Positions 1 through 9,384 of a DNA stretch of 53,894 nt are shown here, in pieces. This DNA is from an uncultured virus (IMG/VR IMGVR_UViG_3300028597_000008) (lineage: Duplodnaviria > Heunggongvirae > Uroviricota > Caudoviricetes), in IMG/VR virus record IMGVR_UViG_3300028597_000008. One strand, written 5' to 3'. The translations under genes were made by a program, and so were the position numbers. Each line of letters begins with the position of its first letter. Position 1 is the first letter of the stretch. The notes beneath the pieces were generated by a model. That model ran no database searches and had not been told where the DNA came from. It saw nothing but the letters and a program-made list of their open reading frames with translations.

Positions 1-1
1 T

Positions 2-325
2 GAAGAGTGGGAACGCGAATACGTAAATGGCGCTGCGAAATGCCGCTACGTTGTAGCATCGGCCTGCCGTTACGGTGATTTGATTACCGCTGTTGGTGCC
101 CGTCATTTCAGTCCGGCGATGTGCGCACAGCTTAACGCGATTCGCGAAGAGAAATTGATCGACCTCGACAACAAAGGAAAAGCAGAGCAAGGCTTTATCG
201 ACCAGTTCGACGTTTTCATGACTCGTGAAGAGGCGTGGGAAGTTGCAATTACTTCCGGCCAATTGAACGCAAAACGCTACAAAGGTAATTCGTTCGGTTC
301 GCTGCATTCCGAAGACGTTTGGTAA
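2..325 (+). CDS. Conserved phage hypothetical protein, 5' partial
   Basis: Frame open from window start (EEWEREY...). Motifs GARH, QGFIDQF..F.TREEA, L.SEDVW resemble a widespread phage family. Confidence 0.75.
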   Translation, partial: EEWEREYVNGAAKCRYVVASACRYGDLITAVGARHFSPAMCAQLNAIREEKLIDLDNKGKAEQGFIDQFDVFMTREEAWEVAITSGQLNAKRYKGNSFGSLHSEDVW

Positions 326-338
326 AAGGAATCAAAAT

Positions 339-629
339 ATGAAACTCGTTGAAGGCGCTTTGGCAAATGTTGATGTTGATCCAGACCTACGCGATTTGGC
401 AAAAGACCTTCGCTACGTCGCATCGCTAATTGAAAAAGGCGAAGTTACCGGCGTGGCATTAACGTGGACAGGCAAACAGATTCAAGACGGCAAAGAATAC
501 AAAGACGGCGTAGGTCTGTCGTGGACGCTTGTGGGTGGCAGCATGTTTGCGCTGAGTGGTGGCGTTTCGCAATTACAATTCGAAATTCAGAATGAAATTG
601 CAGGCGCCATGAACGAAGAAGATGAGTAA
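339..629 (+). CDS. Hypothetical protein
   Basis: 96-aa ORF with AAGGAA RBS. Confidence 0.8.
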   Translation: MKLVEGALANVDVDPDLRDLAKDLRYVASLIEKGEVTGVALTWTGKQIQDGKEYKDGVGLSWTLVGGSMFALSGGVSQLQFEIQNEIAGAMNEEDE

Positions 630-681
630 TTTAAATAGGAAACAAGATTAACGGGAGAAATCCCATGTAAAGGAATCCTTT

Positions 682-1644
682 ATGGAAATCGTAGAATATG
701 GTGGCGTGCTTGCACAGATTGTGGAAGCCGTCGCGAATGCCGGCAGTCCGCCGACCATTCAGCGCATTGTTTTAACACCCGAAGAAATGAACGAAGTTTG
801 GTCGTCTAATGCTTTCAAGACTTCCATTTCGAACTACTACGGCGACACCAGTGCTATGACGCTTGAAGGTATTACTGCCGACCATGACGGTAATATCATT
901 TCCATGTATTTGGGCGGCATTCTGATTTGTGTTGGCCCATGGGTTCCGACCGGCCCATACGCTGCGTTGACGTGGGCACCACTGACCACACAAACGGATT
1001 CGCAAACCACTTTCAAAAACGATAATGATCGTTTGTTTGTGGGCACAGGCAATCCGAGCACCGGTATGGTTGTTGGTTCGAATGCTGATATCGAACTGGC
1101 GCTCGCAATTCGTAAAGCTGGCGATCCTGCCAGTTACGCAACGGGTTCGGATTACAACATCGAACTGGCGGAAGACGAAGCGTGGACTTTCGTTGTTAGT
1201 GTTGGTGCGAAAAACACCGATATTTACAACCCGCTGGATATGTACAACGTTCGCTTGATCGTTGATACCGATCCAGAAAGTTCGCAAAATACGCAAATCG
1301 TATTCACGCTGGGTCAAGGCGAAATCGTTGAGCGCAGCGGTGCGAAGCGTACCGGCTTTATCTGGTATCGCGGCACTGAGCGCGTCATTACCGATTCGGC
1401 CACAAGCCCAACGTACAAAGTTGTCGATGATGAAACCGTACAGGTTGGCGTCGCCACGCAAATGATTCAACAAATGCGTTTCGATTTCATCAGTCGATAC
1501 ACCCCAGCGACAATTGCGAAAAGTGAAAACGGCTCGTTCCTCGGCACGTACACTTTCACCCTTGAAGCTACGCCGAAGTTTGGCGACAAAATGGCTGACG
1601 CGGTTAGCGTTCAGGCTACTGCGAATGTCGTAAAAAAGTCGTAA
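682..1644 (+). CDS. Putative virion/structural protein (320 aa), with a probable -1 frameshift extension to 2456
   Basis: AAGGA RBS; T/S/G/V-rich, beta-strand-like sequence; ends in in-frame A_AAA_AAG just before TAA. Confidence 0.8.
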   Translation: MEIVEYGGVLAQIVEAVANAGSPPTIQRIVLTPEEMNEVWSSNAFKTSISNYYGDTSAMTLEGITADHDGNIISMYLGGILICVGPWVPTGPYAALTWAPLTTQTDSQTTFKNDNDRLFVGTGNPSTGMVVGSNADIELALAIRKAGDPASYATGSDYNIELAEDEAWTFVVSVGAKNTDIYNPLDMYNVRLIVDTDPESSQNTQIVFTLGQGEIVERSGAKRTGFIWYRGTERVITDSATSPTYKVVDDETVQVGVATQMIQQMRFDFISRYTPATIAKSENGSFLGTYTFTLEATPKFGDKMADAVSVQATANVVKKS

Positions 1645-1685
1645 AGCCTGTTCCTCTCCAAGCGTTTGTTTTAGGAGGATCAGGT
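1632..1685 (+). other. Putative -1 programmed ribosomal frameshift signal
   Basis: A AAA AAG at 1632-1638 in correct phase; stem-loop CCTGTTCCTCT/GGAGGATCAGG at 1647-1684; -1 frame open 1608-2456. Confidence 0.75.
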
Positions 1686-2456
1686 ACGGACGTTGGCCTG
1701 TATGTTCAAAATGCCAATAGCTTTGTACCTGCATCAATTCCAGACCGGGTTAACGACGTAGCCTACGGTAACGAAAGCTATATCGCAGTCGGAGAAAGCG
1801 TTTATTTTTCCGATGACAAACTCAACTGGAATCCGAATGATGTAGATTTTGGTGAAGCAAGCTGTGTGACGTATGCCGATGCGTTTTATGTCGGCGTAAA
1901 CGGCGTGGGGATTTTCTCGTACGTCGATGGTGTGTGGAATCAAGTTTATGCAGGTGCGTACGAATTTACGGACGCAATCAGCTACAACCAGATTCCGGTA
2001 TTTGCCACGTCTACCGGTGTGCTTCTCACTGGGCCGCAATGGACTGAAAATGTCGTAGCCAGTGGCCGTATAAAACTAGCCTACAGCGACCGTCTGTGGG
2101 TAGTCGTAAATGGTATTGGGACGTTAGAGGTATTTGCTGGTGCCAACGTCAACTCGCTTGTGTCGCTTGGCACAAATGAGATTGAAGAAATCGAAGTCAC
2201 TGCATCAAGTTACGATAACGTGAATAAATGCGTTGTGGTTTCCGGGTTCGCTACTGACGATCAGTCGCCGTTCTTCTACATCTTCAAAGGTGGGGAATGG
2301 ACAATGATTTTCTCGAACCTTGATACGCACGCTAGCGCATTGACACGTAACGCATTGACTGCTGGACAGACGCTGTACACAACGAACGATTATCAGGCGT
2401 TCACGCCGTTGCACACGTTTGATTCATTCGTGCCGCGTGCGATCATTTACGCTTGA
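1632..2456 (+). CDS. Frameshift-accessed C-terminal extension with beta-propeller-like blades
   Basis: Open -1 frame with no ATG/GTG/TTG before 1866; blade-like text VNDVAYGNESYIAVGESVYFSDDKLNW lies upstream of the track's GTG start. Confidence 0.7.
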   Translation, partial: KKVVKPVPLQAFVLGGSGTDVGLYVQNANSFVPASIPDRVNDVAYGNESYIAVGESVYFSDDKLNWNPNDVDFGEASCVTYADAFYVGVNGVGIFSYVDGVWNQVYAGAYEFTDAISYNQIPVFATSTGVLLTGPQWTENVVASGRIKLAYSDRLWVVVNGIGTLEVFAGANVNSLVSLGTNEIEEIEVTASSYDNVNKCVVVSGFATDDQSPFFYIFKGGEWTMIFSNLDTHASALTRNALTAGQTLYTTNDYQAFTPLHTFDSFVPRAIIYA

Positions 2457-2484
2457 TCGAAAAAGTTCCATAGCTGGATAAAAT

Positions 2485-2518
2485 GCCCTCGTTTCCCTTG
2501 CGGATTCGGGGGCTTTTT
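2485..2518 (+). terminator. Rho-independent terminator
   Basis: GCCCTCG...CGGGGGC followed by TTTTT after gene end. Confidence 0.65.
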
Positions 2519-2553
2519 ACATTCTGCCGACCATACTAAAAATTGAGGACAAC

Positions 2554-3000
2554 ATGAGCAGTTTTACTACGCCCCTTATCACCAAGTTTCTCGACGGAAG
2601 AGACTTCGAACTTCACGAACAGTTTGCTTATCGCGTTGGCGATGAGAAAAGCCAACTCGTTGTTAACGTGCCTGTTGGTTACGTTACCGATTTCGCCAGC
2701 ACACCGCGAATCATTTGGTGGTTGTTGCCGCCGACTGGTAAATACGGCAAGGCTGCTGTGGTTCATGACTTCCTTTGCCAGTATCACAAAATAATGAATG
2801 GTTCCGAATCCATTTACGTTAGCCGCAAACAGGGTGACGATATTTTCTACGAAGCGATGGAAGTTTTGAAAGTGCCGAAGTGGCAGCGCGATACCATGTA
2901 TTTCGCCGTTCGCGCTTACGCAATCGTGAAAGGTTACGACCGTGTAAACTACGGCCAGAACGCGCAAACCGACGCAGTGTTGGCACCACTCTATGCCTGA
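2554..3000 (+). CDS. DUF1353 family protein
   Basis: VPVGYVTDFASTPR, AAVVHDFL and D.IFYEAM.VL.V motifs; GAGG RBS. Confidence 0.8.
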   Translation: MSSFTTPLITKFLDGRDFELHEQFAYRVGDEKSQLVVNVPVGYVTDFASTPRIIWWLLPPTGKYGKAAVVHDFLCQYHKIMNGSESIYVSRKQGDDIFYEAMEVLKVPKWQRDTMYFAVRAYAIVKGYDRVNYGQNAQTDAVLAPLYA

Positions 3001-3007
3001 TTGAAAT

Positions 3008-3015
3008 ACTGTAAA
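3008..3015 (+). promoter_or_regulatory. ACTGTAAA motif, candidate phage-specific promoter
   Basis: Intergenic copy of a recurrent 8-mer, 33 nt upstream of ATG 3049. Confidence 0.45.
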
Positions 3016-3048
3016 GACGTAGCATCTACAAGGCACAGAGAACATGCC

Positions 3049-3822
3049 ATGACTGACTACGTTGAATCAGACGACGACCTTCACGCAATCAACGACGACG
3101 TTCATTTCGAACACGACGACGAAGACGATGACGGTATTTTCTTCGATCCCGATTACGTCGAAGAGATTGAAACAGGGCCGAAGCGTCCGCGCTACCCGAA
3201 AGCTGCACCTAAGTTGCCGTTGCATACGCGATTATCTGCACTTAAATATTCCCGCCACATTAACACGTTCCGAAAGAAGTTCGCTGCCCTGTGCGTTACT
3301 ACGTTCAAGCCGGATCGTGCCCATGATCGGTTGGTGTGTGCTCGTATGGGTACGGAATATTTCGTTTTCAAAATTCACTGTGCGAAATACGTGGCCCCGC
3401 CTATCCCTGTTGAGTTTTTCGGAAGGTTGGAGCATTTCGCATCGCCTCCCAAACTGGTCGCAAGCGCTGAACTGGTTTATCGCGACGATCATAAGCTGTA
3501 CGAAAAGTACGAAGCATTTCGCCGCCTTGCATTCGAACAGCCCACAACACCGATTATGATTTTGGGTGAAAAGTTTTACTGTGGTGCATGCGATATCAAT
3601 ATGTCGATCACTCCGTACGGATGCCGGATAGACATTGAACTGATTTATCCGTTCGACCAACAACACAAAGTGCACGACAACTTGCGCGAAGCGGAAAACG
3701 CACGCAAGAAAGCATTTGCAAAATACACAACTGCCGAACAAGTGGTAGTGGATCGGTGTTCGCTTATCGAAGCCACTCGGCAGTTATTTATTACCGTCAT
3801 GGAAAAGGGCAAACTGGAATGA
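3049..3822 (+). CDS. Hypothetical protein with acidic N-terminus
   Basis: ORF; ATG 3049 preferred over TTG 3001. Confidence 0.75.
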   Translation: MTDYVESDDDLHAINDDVHFEHDDEDDDGIFFDPDYVEEIETGPKRPRYPKAAPKLPLHTRLSALKYSRHINTFRKKFAALCVTTFKPDRAHDRLVCARMGTEYFVFKIHCAKYVAPPIPVEFFGRLEHFASPPKLVASAELVYRDDHKLYEKYEAFRRLAFEQPTTPIMILGEKFYCGACDINMSITPYGCRIDIELIYPFDQQHKVHDNLREAENARKKAFAKYTTAEQVVVDRCSLIEATRQLFITVMEKGKLE

Positions 3823-4334
3823 ACAGCTATCACGACGTAGAAATCGGCTGCAATAATTACGTGTACCGTATGCACGACGTTCCGTTCAATGTGCAACTGC
3901 ACTGCACCCGCACAGCCGGTTGGGAATTGTGGGACGTGACCGACAACAACGGCAACGGCAAACGCCTCGGCGGCGAGTATGAAAACCTCCCGTTCGAAAT
4001 TCGTTTGCACGATCAAATCCTCTGCAACAATCGTTTTATCACCCCAGTGGAAAATGCGGATTACAAGCTGTCCGAGAATCAAGAATTTCTGCTTGGCCGT
4101 ATTCAGTGCCAGACGATGTGGAGTTCGTGGGACAGTATTCTCACGGTTGTTTTGCCGGATGCGAACGCACAGTCATGTAATTCGATTCTGGAATCCCTCG
4201 TGAAATACATCAGACGTTTCGGTGGCGTGGCGTGGGCCGGTTATTTCTGGCATGTATTCAGCGTAATTCCTACCGCATCGCCCGAGCGTATTGGTTTCGT
4301 GTTGAAACTGAGTAACCCACAAACGGATAGCTAA
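3819..4334 (+). CDS. Hypothetical protein
   Basis: ATGA overlap with upstream gene. Confidence 0.75.
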   Translation: MNSYHDVEIGCNNYVYRMHDVPFNVQLHCTRTAGWELWDVTDNNGNGKRLGGEYENLPFEIRLHDQILCNNRFITPVENADYKLSENQEFLLGRIQCQTMWSSWDSILTVVLPDANAQSCNSILESLVKYIRRFGGVAWAGYFWHVFSVIPTASPERIGFVLKLSNPQTDS

Positions 4335-4337
4335 AAC

Positions 4338-4949
4338 ATGGCCGCATTTTTCTGTGCAGATTTGCACTTGGGGCACCGCAACATTCACAGCTACCGACCG
4401 AAGCCGGACGGCACTGCGTTTCTGACACCCGAAGAACACGACAAGTTTTTAGTAGAACGCTGGATGGAAATGCGTTTGAAAAATCGTCGTGACACGGTGT
4501 ACGTTCTCGGTGACATTGCATTCACTGATGACGCGTGGGATTTGTTCGATTCGCTACCCGGTAAAAAGATCATCATTTTGGGCAACCACTGCACCGAGAG
4601 TGCCGGTAGCATTCAAAAGATCGCAAGCCTGAAAAGTGTAAACAGTGTGCATGCTGCGCTGAGTTACAAAGGTTATTGGTTGACGCATATTCCGATGCAT
4701 CCTGCGGAACTGCGCGGCAAGCGGAACATTCACGGCCACATGCACGCGGGTTACATTCGCGACCGTCGTTTTAAATGTGTGTCGTTGGAGCATACCGAAA
4801 TGCGTCCGATCAATCTGGAAGAAATCACCGCTGAATTTGAACGTCGGCAATCCATCAAATACGTGCAGGAGACTTTGGGATGGCAGGCAGCGGCAAAAGC
4901 GTTAATGCTGGGCGCTACTGGAAATACTCGAAAACCTTCCATCACCTAG
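4338..4949 (+). CDS. Calcineurin-like metallophosphoesterase
   Basis: ADLHLGH, LGDIA, LGNH, THIPMHP and NIHGHMH motifs. Confidence 0.9.
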   Translation: MAAFFCADLHLGHRNIHSYRPKPDGTAFLTPEEHDKFLVERWMEMRLKNRRDTVYVLGDIAFTDDAWDLFDSLPGKKIIILGNHCTESAGSIQKIASLKSVNSVHAALSYKGYWLTHIPMHPAELRGKRNIHGHMHAGYIRDRRFKCVSLEHTEMRPINLEEITAEFERRQSIKYVQETLGWQAAAKALMLGATGNTRKPSIT

Positions 4950-5251
4950 TCGATATTCTTGATGAAATTCACAAAGACAAAAGCAACGTCACACTGTCTT
5001 ATGAAAACGGTATGTACCGGTGCCCCGTGTTGGATTTCGAAGCGCTCGACAAACTCACAGCAATGGAACTGAGTTTGAAAATGAAGGTTCGCATCGTGAC
5101 GCACGACCGCACGCTGGCGGACAAGTTCCAAGATGCAAAAGTCGCGCTGTTGATTGCACCGTACACAATGCTTGCTGACGTTGGCGAAATCACACGCAAG
5201 AAAAAGAAAGACAAATCCTATCATTACGATATTGAGTTGAGTTGGTCATGA
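4880..5251 (+). CDS. Hypothetical protein (start uncertain)
   Basis: ORF fills gap; stop overlaps next ATG. Confidence 0.65.
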   Translation: MAGSGKSVNAGRYWKYSKTFHHLVDILDEIHKDKSNVTLSYENGMYRCPVLDFEALDKLTAMELSLKMKVRIVTHDRTLADKFQDAKVALLIAPYTMLADVGEITRKKKKDKSYHYDIELSWS

Positions 5252-5778
5252 CAGAAGAATTCAAAGGTCGCGGTTTGACTCCGCACAATATGCCGTGGGG
5301 CGGTGGCTACCCGGAGGATTTCGTGGAGCCTGCGGTAATTCCCGTTGATCCAGAAATGAAAGAAAAACTGGATGCTTCTTTGGCGACTGTTCGCGAAGAA
5401 GCACAAAACGTAGTCGGTCGCGGCCTGACAAAACATTTCGTCGCGATGGACGTTTGTGCGTACCACGCAGAAGCTACCGACGAAAACGGTTATCCGATTG
5501 GAAACAGTCGTGAAGATCATGCGAAACGTGAAACGGAATTTCCCGATCCAATCACCATCGCAGCAACTGTAAACATCAACAGTCTCGACCTTGAAAACGA
5601 CATGATCGCCAAGGGCGCGAAACAGATTATGGCGAATGAGTTGAATCTCATGTTTGCCGAACAGGGTATCAAAACCCATTACACCCCGGAAATGCTTTCC
5701 GCTTTGGCGGCTGAACGGCTTCGCGCTGAACAGAAGCGTAAAAAGAAAGCTCGTATCAACAAACGTAAACGCAAGTAA
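5248..5778 (+). CDS. Hypothetical protein with basic C-terminus
   Basis: ATGA overlap; ends KRKKKARINKRKRK. Confidence 0.75.
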   Translation: MTEEFKGRGLTPHNMPWGGGYPEDFVEPAVIPVDPEMKEKLDASLATVREEAQNVVGRGLTKHFVAMDVCAYHAEATDENGYPIGNSREDHAKRETEFPDPITIAATVNINSLDLENDMIAKGAKQIMANELNLMFAEQGIKTHYTPEMLSALAAERLRAEQKRKKKARINKRKRK

Positions 5779-5788
5779 GGAAAAGTAG

Positions 5789-6127
5789 ATGAGCAATTTG
5801 ATTGGTTTGTTGACTGCTGTGCGCGGCACCGCCGTGCCGATGACCGTTACCGGTGTTTTCAGCGAAGGTGAAGGCACCCGCGTTGAATGCGTTTACAACG
5901 CAAAAGGCGAACTGAAACATTTCAGTGCGTTGGAAGAAGCGTTTATCGGTTTTGGTGACACGCTGACTTTCATGGACGGCTCTTTTATCGAAGCCTATTT
6001 CACTGCCGTTACCGATGACGACGATGATGAGGACGACGAACTGGAAGACGAAGACGAAGATGAGGACGACGACGATGAAGACGAAGACGTTCGCAAACCA
6101 GCCGATCATGACGCCCTGAAAAACTGA
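5789..6127 (+). CDS. Highly acidic hypothetical protein
   Basis: AAGGA RBS; long D/E tract near C-terminus. Confidence 0.8.
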   Translation: MSNLIGLLTAVRGTAVPMTVTGVFSEGEGTRVECVYNAKGELKHFSALEEAFIGFGDTLTFMDGSFIEAYFTAVTDDDDDEDDELEDEDEDEDDDDEDEDVRKPADHDALKN

Positions 6128-6167
6128 TTTACTTTGCGGCCAAGGACGGCCCACTAGGAGAGCATTT

Positions 6168-6578
6168 ATGAATAACGGACATATTCGCCGTTTGCATTGG
6201 TGGTTGGAAAGTACGGTTAACGGTTTCATCGTACCTGAATGTGACACTGCAAAAATCCTGTGTCGTAAACGTTATCTGCCAATGGTTGAAGAAATCGTAG
6301 CGCAGAACGTTGGGCAACCCGACGACGATCACATTCAAACGCCGGTAACGTTTAACGGTATTACCTACGGCGAAAACGATATCGACATTTTGCAACTTGC
6401 ACTCAACAAGGTTGAGCAGGAATGCTACGGAACGTCGATCAGTCGCCTGCTGCTGGGCGGTTTTTATCCGGGCAACTACATGAGCACTTGCGCAATCTGC
6501 ACCAATAAATTCATTGGTCAGAAACGCGGCGTTGTGTGCATTCCTTGTGCAGCCATGCGGGTTCCTGCACTGAGCTAA
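6168..6578 (+). CDS. Hypothetical protein with C-terminal CxxC...CxxC zinc ribbon
   Basis: AGGAG RBS; CAIC...CIPC. Confidence 0.75.
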   Translation: MNNGHIRRLHWWLESTVNGFIVPECDTAKILCRKRYLPMVEEIVAQNVGQPDDDHIQTPVTFNGITYGENDIDILQLALNKVEQECYGTSISRLLLGGFYPGNYMSTCAICTNKFIGQKRGVVCIPCAAMRVPALS

Positions 6579-6589
6579 ATGGTGACGCT

Positions 6590-7480
6590 ATGCAATACAT
6601 CCAATTAGGTGGTGATGGTCAACCGGAAGTGCACGACCTCGATGTTGATTCGTACATTTCAGAAATCGGTGCACATTATCTCTGCGAACTCTACGACCCA
6701 AATGTTTGCGCGTACACTTTTGACGCGTGCGTTGCTGCGGGTTTTGTTGCACATAAAATCATTGTGAATACGCCGGAACTGTACGATCTGTCTGACGATT
6801 ACAAGACAGCGATGCAGCAGGCGGCAATGCTTCTCACGATGGCCGAACGTAACGGGGAAGTGGATGAACTCCCGTCGGTTATCCTTTCACGCTACATTGC
6901 AAAACTGCGCGAGTCGATGTTGACTGGTTGCCTCGAATTAACTTTGTTTTCTCCACGCAAAATTCGCATTGTTCACGATTCCAAAATATCGTTGGACATG
7001 GTTGTGCTCGACGCGGTACGTCTGGCCCTGATGATTCTGCCTGCACCGAAATTGCACGTGCATACAGAACACGCGTGGACAATTGCGAAGTACAACGTTC
7101 ACATGGCTGCACCGAGTCTGCGGACTGACGTTGCAATTAACCTGCACGAAACTCTGCTGCCTATTTGGCAAACCGGATTGTCAACCGGTGGCTTGGAATA
7201 CGTGAATCCGATCACGGCCAAAATCATCGAACAGCAAAAACTGATTGATGCGGCACGTGCCAAGATCAACGAAATTTCTGACGAATGTGCGCACCCGGAA
7301 AACGAACGTATCGAAGTTCGGAAAGGCGATACCGGAAACTGGTCGCAGTCTGACGATTCGTACAGCATCGAAATCACTTGCAAACTTTGTGGTCGCCATT
7401 GGTACTACAACAAAAACCACGGCGATAAGGATTATGCACTACTCAGCACGCGACAAGTGCTGTTGCCGATCACGAAATGA
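6590..7480 (+). CDS. Hypothetical protein with C-terminal CxH...CxxC motif
   Basis: GGTG RBS; CAHPE...CKLCGRHW. Confidence 0.75.
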   Translation: MQYIQLGGDGQPEVHDLDVDSYISEIGAHYLCELYDPNVCAYTFDACVAAGFVAHKIIVNTPELYDLSDDYKTAMQQAAMLLTMAERNGEVDELPSVILSRYIAKLRESMLTGCLELTLFSPRKIRIVHDSKISLDMVVLDAVRLALMILPAPKLHVHTEHAWTIAKYNVHMAAPSLRTDVAINLHETLLPIWQTGLSTGGLEYVNPITAKIIEQQKLIDAARAKINEISDECAHPENERIEVRKGDTGNWSQSDDSYSIEITCKLCGRHWYYNKNHGDKDYALLSTRQVLLPITK

Positions 7481-7761
7481 AAGAATATTTCGTTCTGTTC
7501 GTTAGCGTGGACGTGGCAGAACAGGCCGGGTTGTCGTCCAGCTATTTAACCCACGTCGGTGAGCTTTATATTGCACGGCTGCGCATTCCTCTGTTGCCTT
7601 GGAACATCATTCGCGAATCAGTTTTCTACATGTGCTTTGACGTGCAGGATAGTGACCGCGATAGGCTGCGAAAAGCCAAGTCCAAAGATGATGCGTTCAT
7701 GCAGCAACACATTCAAAAAGCCATCGACCTGAATATCCCACCGATCCGAATCAGTGAGTAG
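7477..7761 (+). CDS. Hypothetical protein
   Basis: ATGA overlap. Confidence 0.7.
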   Translation: MKEYFVLFVSVDVAEQAGLSSSYLTHVGELYIARLRIPLLPWNIIRESVFYMCFDVQDSDRDRLRKAKSKDDAFMQQHIQKAIDLNIPPIRISE

Positions 7762-7764
7762 ACC

Positions 7765-8091
7765 ATGTTGAGCCAAGCCGATGTGTCTGCGCATATGCCG
7801 CAGTTGCAGTTTGAAAAATTCTACCAGAAACTGATTACTGAAATTCAGGAACTGGAAGGTCGTGTCGAAGCCAAGATGCGCCCGCGTGAATATTATCGTG
7901 GCAGCGGCAATGGGCCGGTTTGTGGCCCGAGTTTGAACGATCTTTCCCTGAATGGTTGGATGTATTTGATTAACAAGCAAATGGATAAACGCGCTGCACT
8001 CCACAAGCAATTGGAATATCTTGAACAAAATCCCGATATGAACTGGGCCGTTCTGTGGGATCGTTTGAAAAAGGAATTGCCGGATGAATGA
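7765..8091 (+). CDS. Hypothetical protein
   Basis: ORF tiling. Confidence 0.7.
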   Translation: MLSQADVSAHMPQLQFEKFYQKLITEIQELEGRVEAKMRPREYYRGSGNGPVCGPSLNDLSLNGWMYLINKQMDKRAALHKQLEYLEQNPDMNWAVLWDRLKKELPDE

Positions 8092-8557
8092 GACAGTTCA
8101 CCCTAACGAAAAACTGTTGAAGTTTGAACCGAGCCAAATCATGGCGGGCCTGTCTATCCTGATCGGTGAGCAGTTGGGATACTCTGGACTTTCACGCACT
8201 ACGTTTGCCATGCGCTACAACGATAACGCTGTAATCAAAATTGAAAATACCAACGAAGGTGTTTTTCAGAACGTTATCGAATGGCGTGCGTGGTGTTTCA
8301 TTTCGCAAGATGAAAAACTGTCGCAGTATTTTGCACCATGCTATGAAATCTCGCGTTGTGGCACTGTGTTGATTCAGGCCCGAACGCAACCGATTCCCGA
8401 CGATCTTGAACTGGTTGAAATGCCTGATTTCGTTGGCGACTTCAAGAAAATGAATTGGGGAATGATCGAAGACCGTCCGGTGTTGCACGACTACGGTATT
8501 CTCAATCCAACCCGTGGCCGTAAGGTCAAAATCATCAAGCAGAACTTGCTCTACTGA
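8084..8557 (+). CDS. Minimal protein-kinase-like fold protein
   Basis: G.SG.SR loop, AVIK, conserved E, DFKKMN catalytic-loop-like and DYG (DFG-like) motifs in correct order. Confidence 0.65.
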   Translation: MNETVHPNEKLLKFEPSQIMAGLSILIGEQLGYSGLSRTTFAMRYNDNAVIKIENTNEGVFQNVIEWRAWCFISQDEKLSQYFAPCYEISRCGTVLIQARTQPIPDDLELVEMPDFVGDFKKMNWGMIEDRPVLHDYGILNPTRGRKVKIIKQNLLY

Positions 8558-9159
8558 TGGCGCGGAAACGTAAACAGAAATACACAGGCGTTGGTAGTCG
8601 AACGACACCGCGCATCATTTGTGAAATCGCCACGCAATTCGCACGGACGAAAAAGGAAATCCTGCGTTCGGGTGCTGCCAAGCGGATGGATGAATCATTC
8701 GAAGACGGCGCAACCAACACAGAAATTTATCTGCCGTGGAAAGGCTTTATGAAACACCGAACCGGTATCTACGAATACACCGAAGAGCAGATTCAATTTG
8801 CTGAATACCTCGTGTGGAAAGTTTATCCAGTGCTGGTGCAAGATAAAACGCATTTGGAACTTTTCCGCCGAAATGTGTTCCAATGTATAGGACTCTCAAC
8901 GTGCGTAGAAGATGCCGATCCGTCTAAATTTCTTTTGTGTTGGACGCCGGACGGCTGCGTTGATATGGCGTCTTACAAGTGGGGCGAAACAGGCGGAACT
9001 GGTGTAGCGATTATGGTTGCTCGTGAGTTCGACATTCCGGTTTTCAACATGCGTAGAAAAGAGCATATGAAAATGGTGCTTGCGCATCTGGATGACCACG
9101 GCCTGAGAACTGTAAATGCTTACAAGAAACAGTTGATGGATATGGGACTCTACCGATGA
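8557..9159 (+). CDS. DprA/Smf-like (SLOG superfamily) protein
   Basis: YTGVGSR, LRSGAA, IYLPW, RN..Q, CWTPDG and GGTG...IPVFN motifs. Confidence 0.8.
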   Translation: MARKRKQKYTGVGSRTTPRIICEIATQFARTKKEILRSGAAKRMDESFEDGATNTEIYLPWKGFMKHRTGIYEYTEEQIQFAEYLVWKVYPVLVQDKTHLELFRRNVFQCIGLSTCVEDADPSKFLLCWTPDGCVDMASYKWGETGGTGVAIMVAREFDIPVFNMRRKEHMKMVLAHLDDHGLRTVNAYKKQLMDMGLYR

Positions 9160-9359
9160 GACTGGTAAAACAAACACGTTGGCAAAAATTCAAACACTGG
9201 CTGGCCTCGTTGGTTAAAGGCCCGCAAGGAATTCAAAGCAGTGCGAAAGGCCCAACGCTTTCCGTTCACAAAGGCGGCAAAGTGGATTTGAATTTCGATG
9301 CGAAAAGCACAGTTTATAACCCGCGCGAATTCCGTGCGGACAAAGGGCCACGTAAGTGA
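9156..9359 (+). CDS. Small basic hypothetical protein
   Basis: ATGA overlap. Confidence 0.6.
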   Translation: MRLVKQTRWQKFKHWLASLVKGPQGIQSSAKGPTLSVHKGGKVDLNFDAKSTVYNPREFRADKGPRK

Positions 9360-9384
9360 ATGTGAGCAAGGTGGGAATTTTACG

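Noticed and set aside
772..1737. 321-aa minus-strand ORF and the other minus-strand ORFs generally
   Set aside because: Plus-strand genes tile the window with RBSs and stop/start overlaps; minus-strand ORFs overlap them and show no motifs.
1673..1760. AGGAGG at 1673 as RBS for a separate gene
   Set aside because: No start codon at usable spacing in the long frame; ATG 1702 is too far and opens only a 19-codon ORF; the sequence forms the 3' arm of the frameshift stem.
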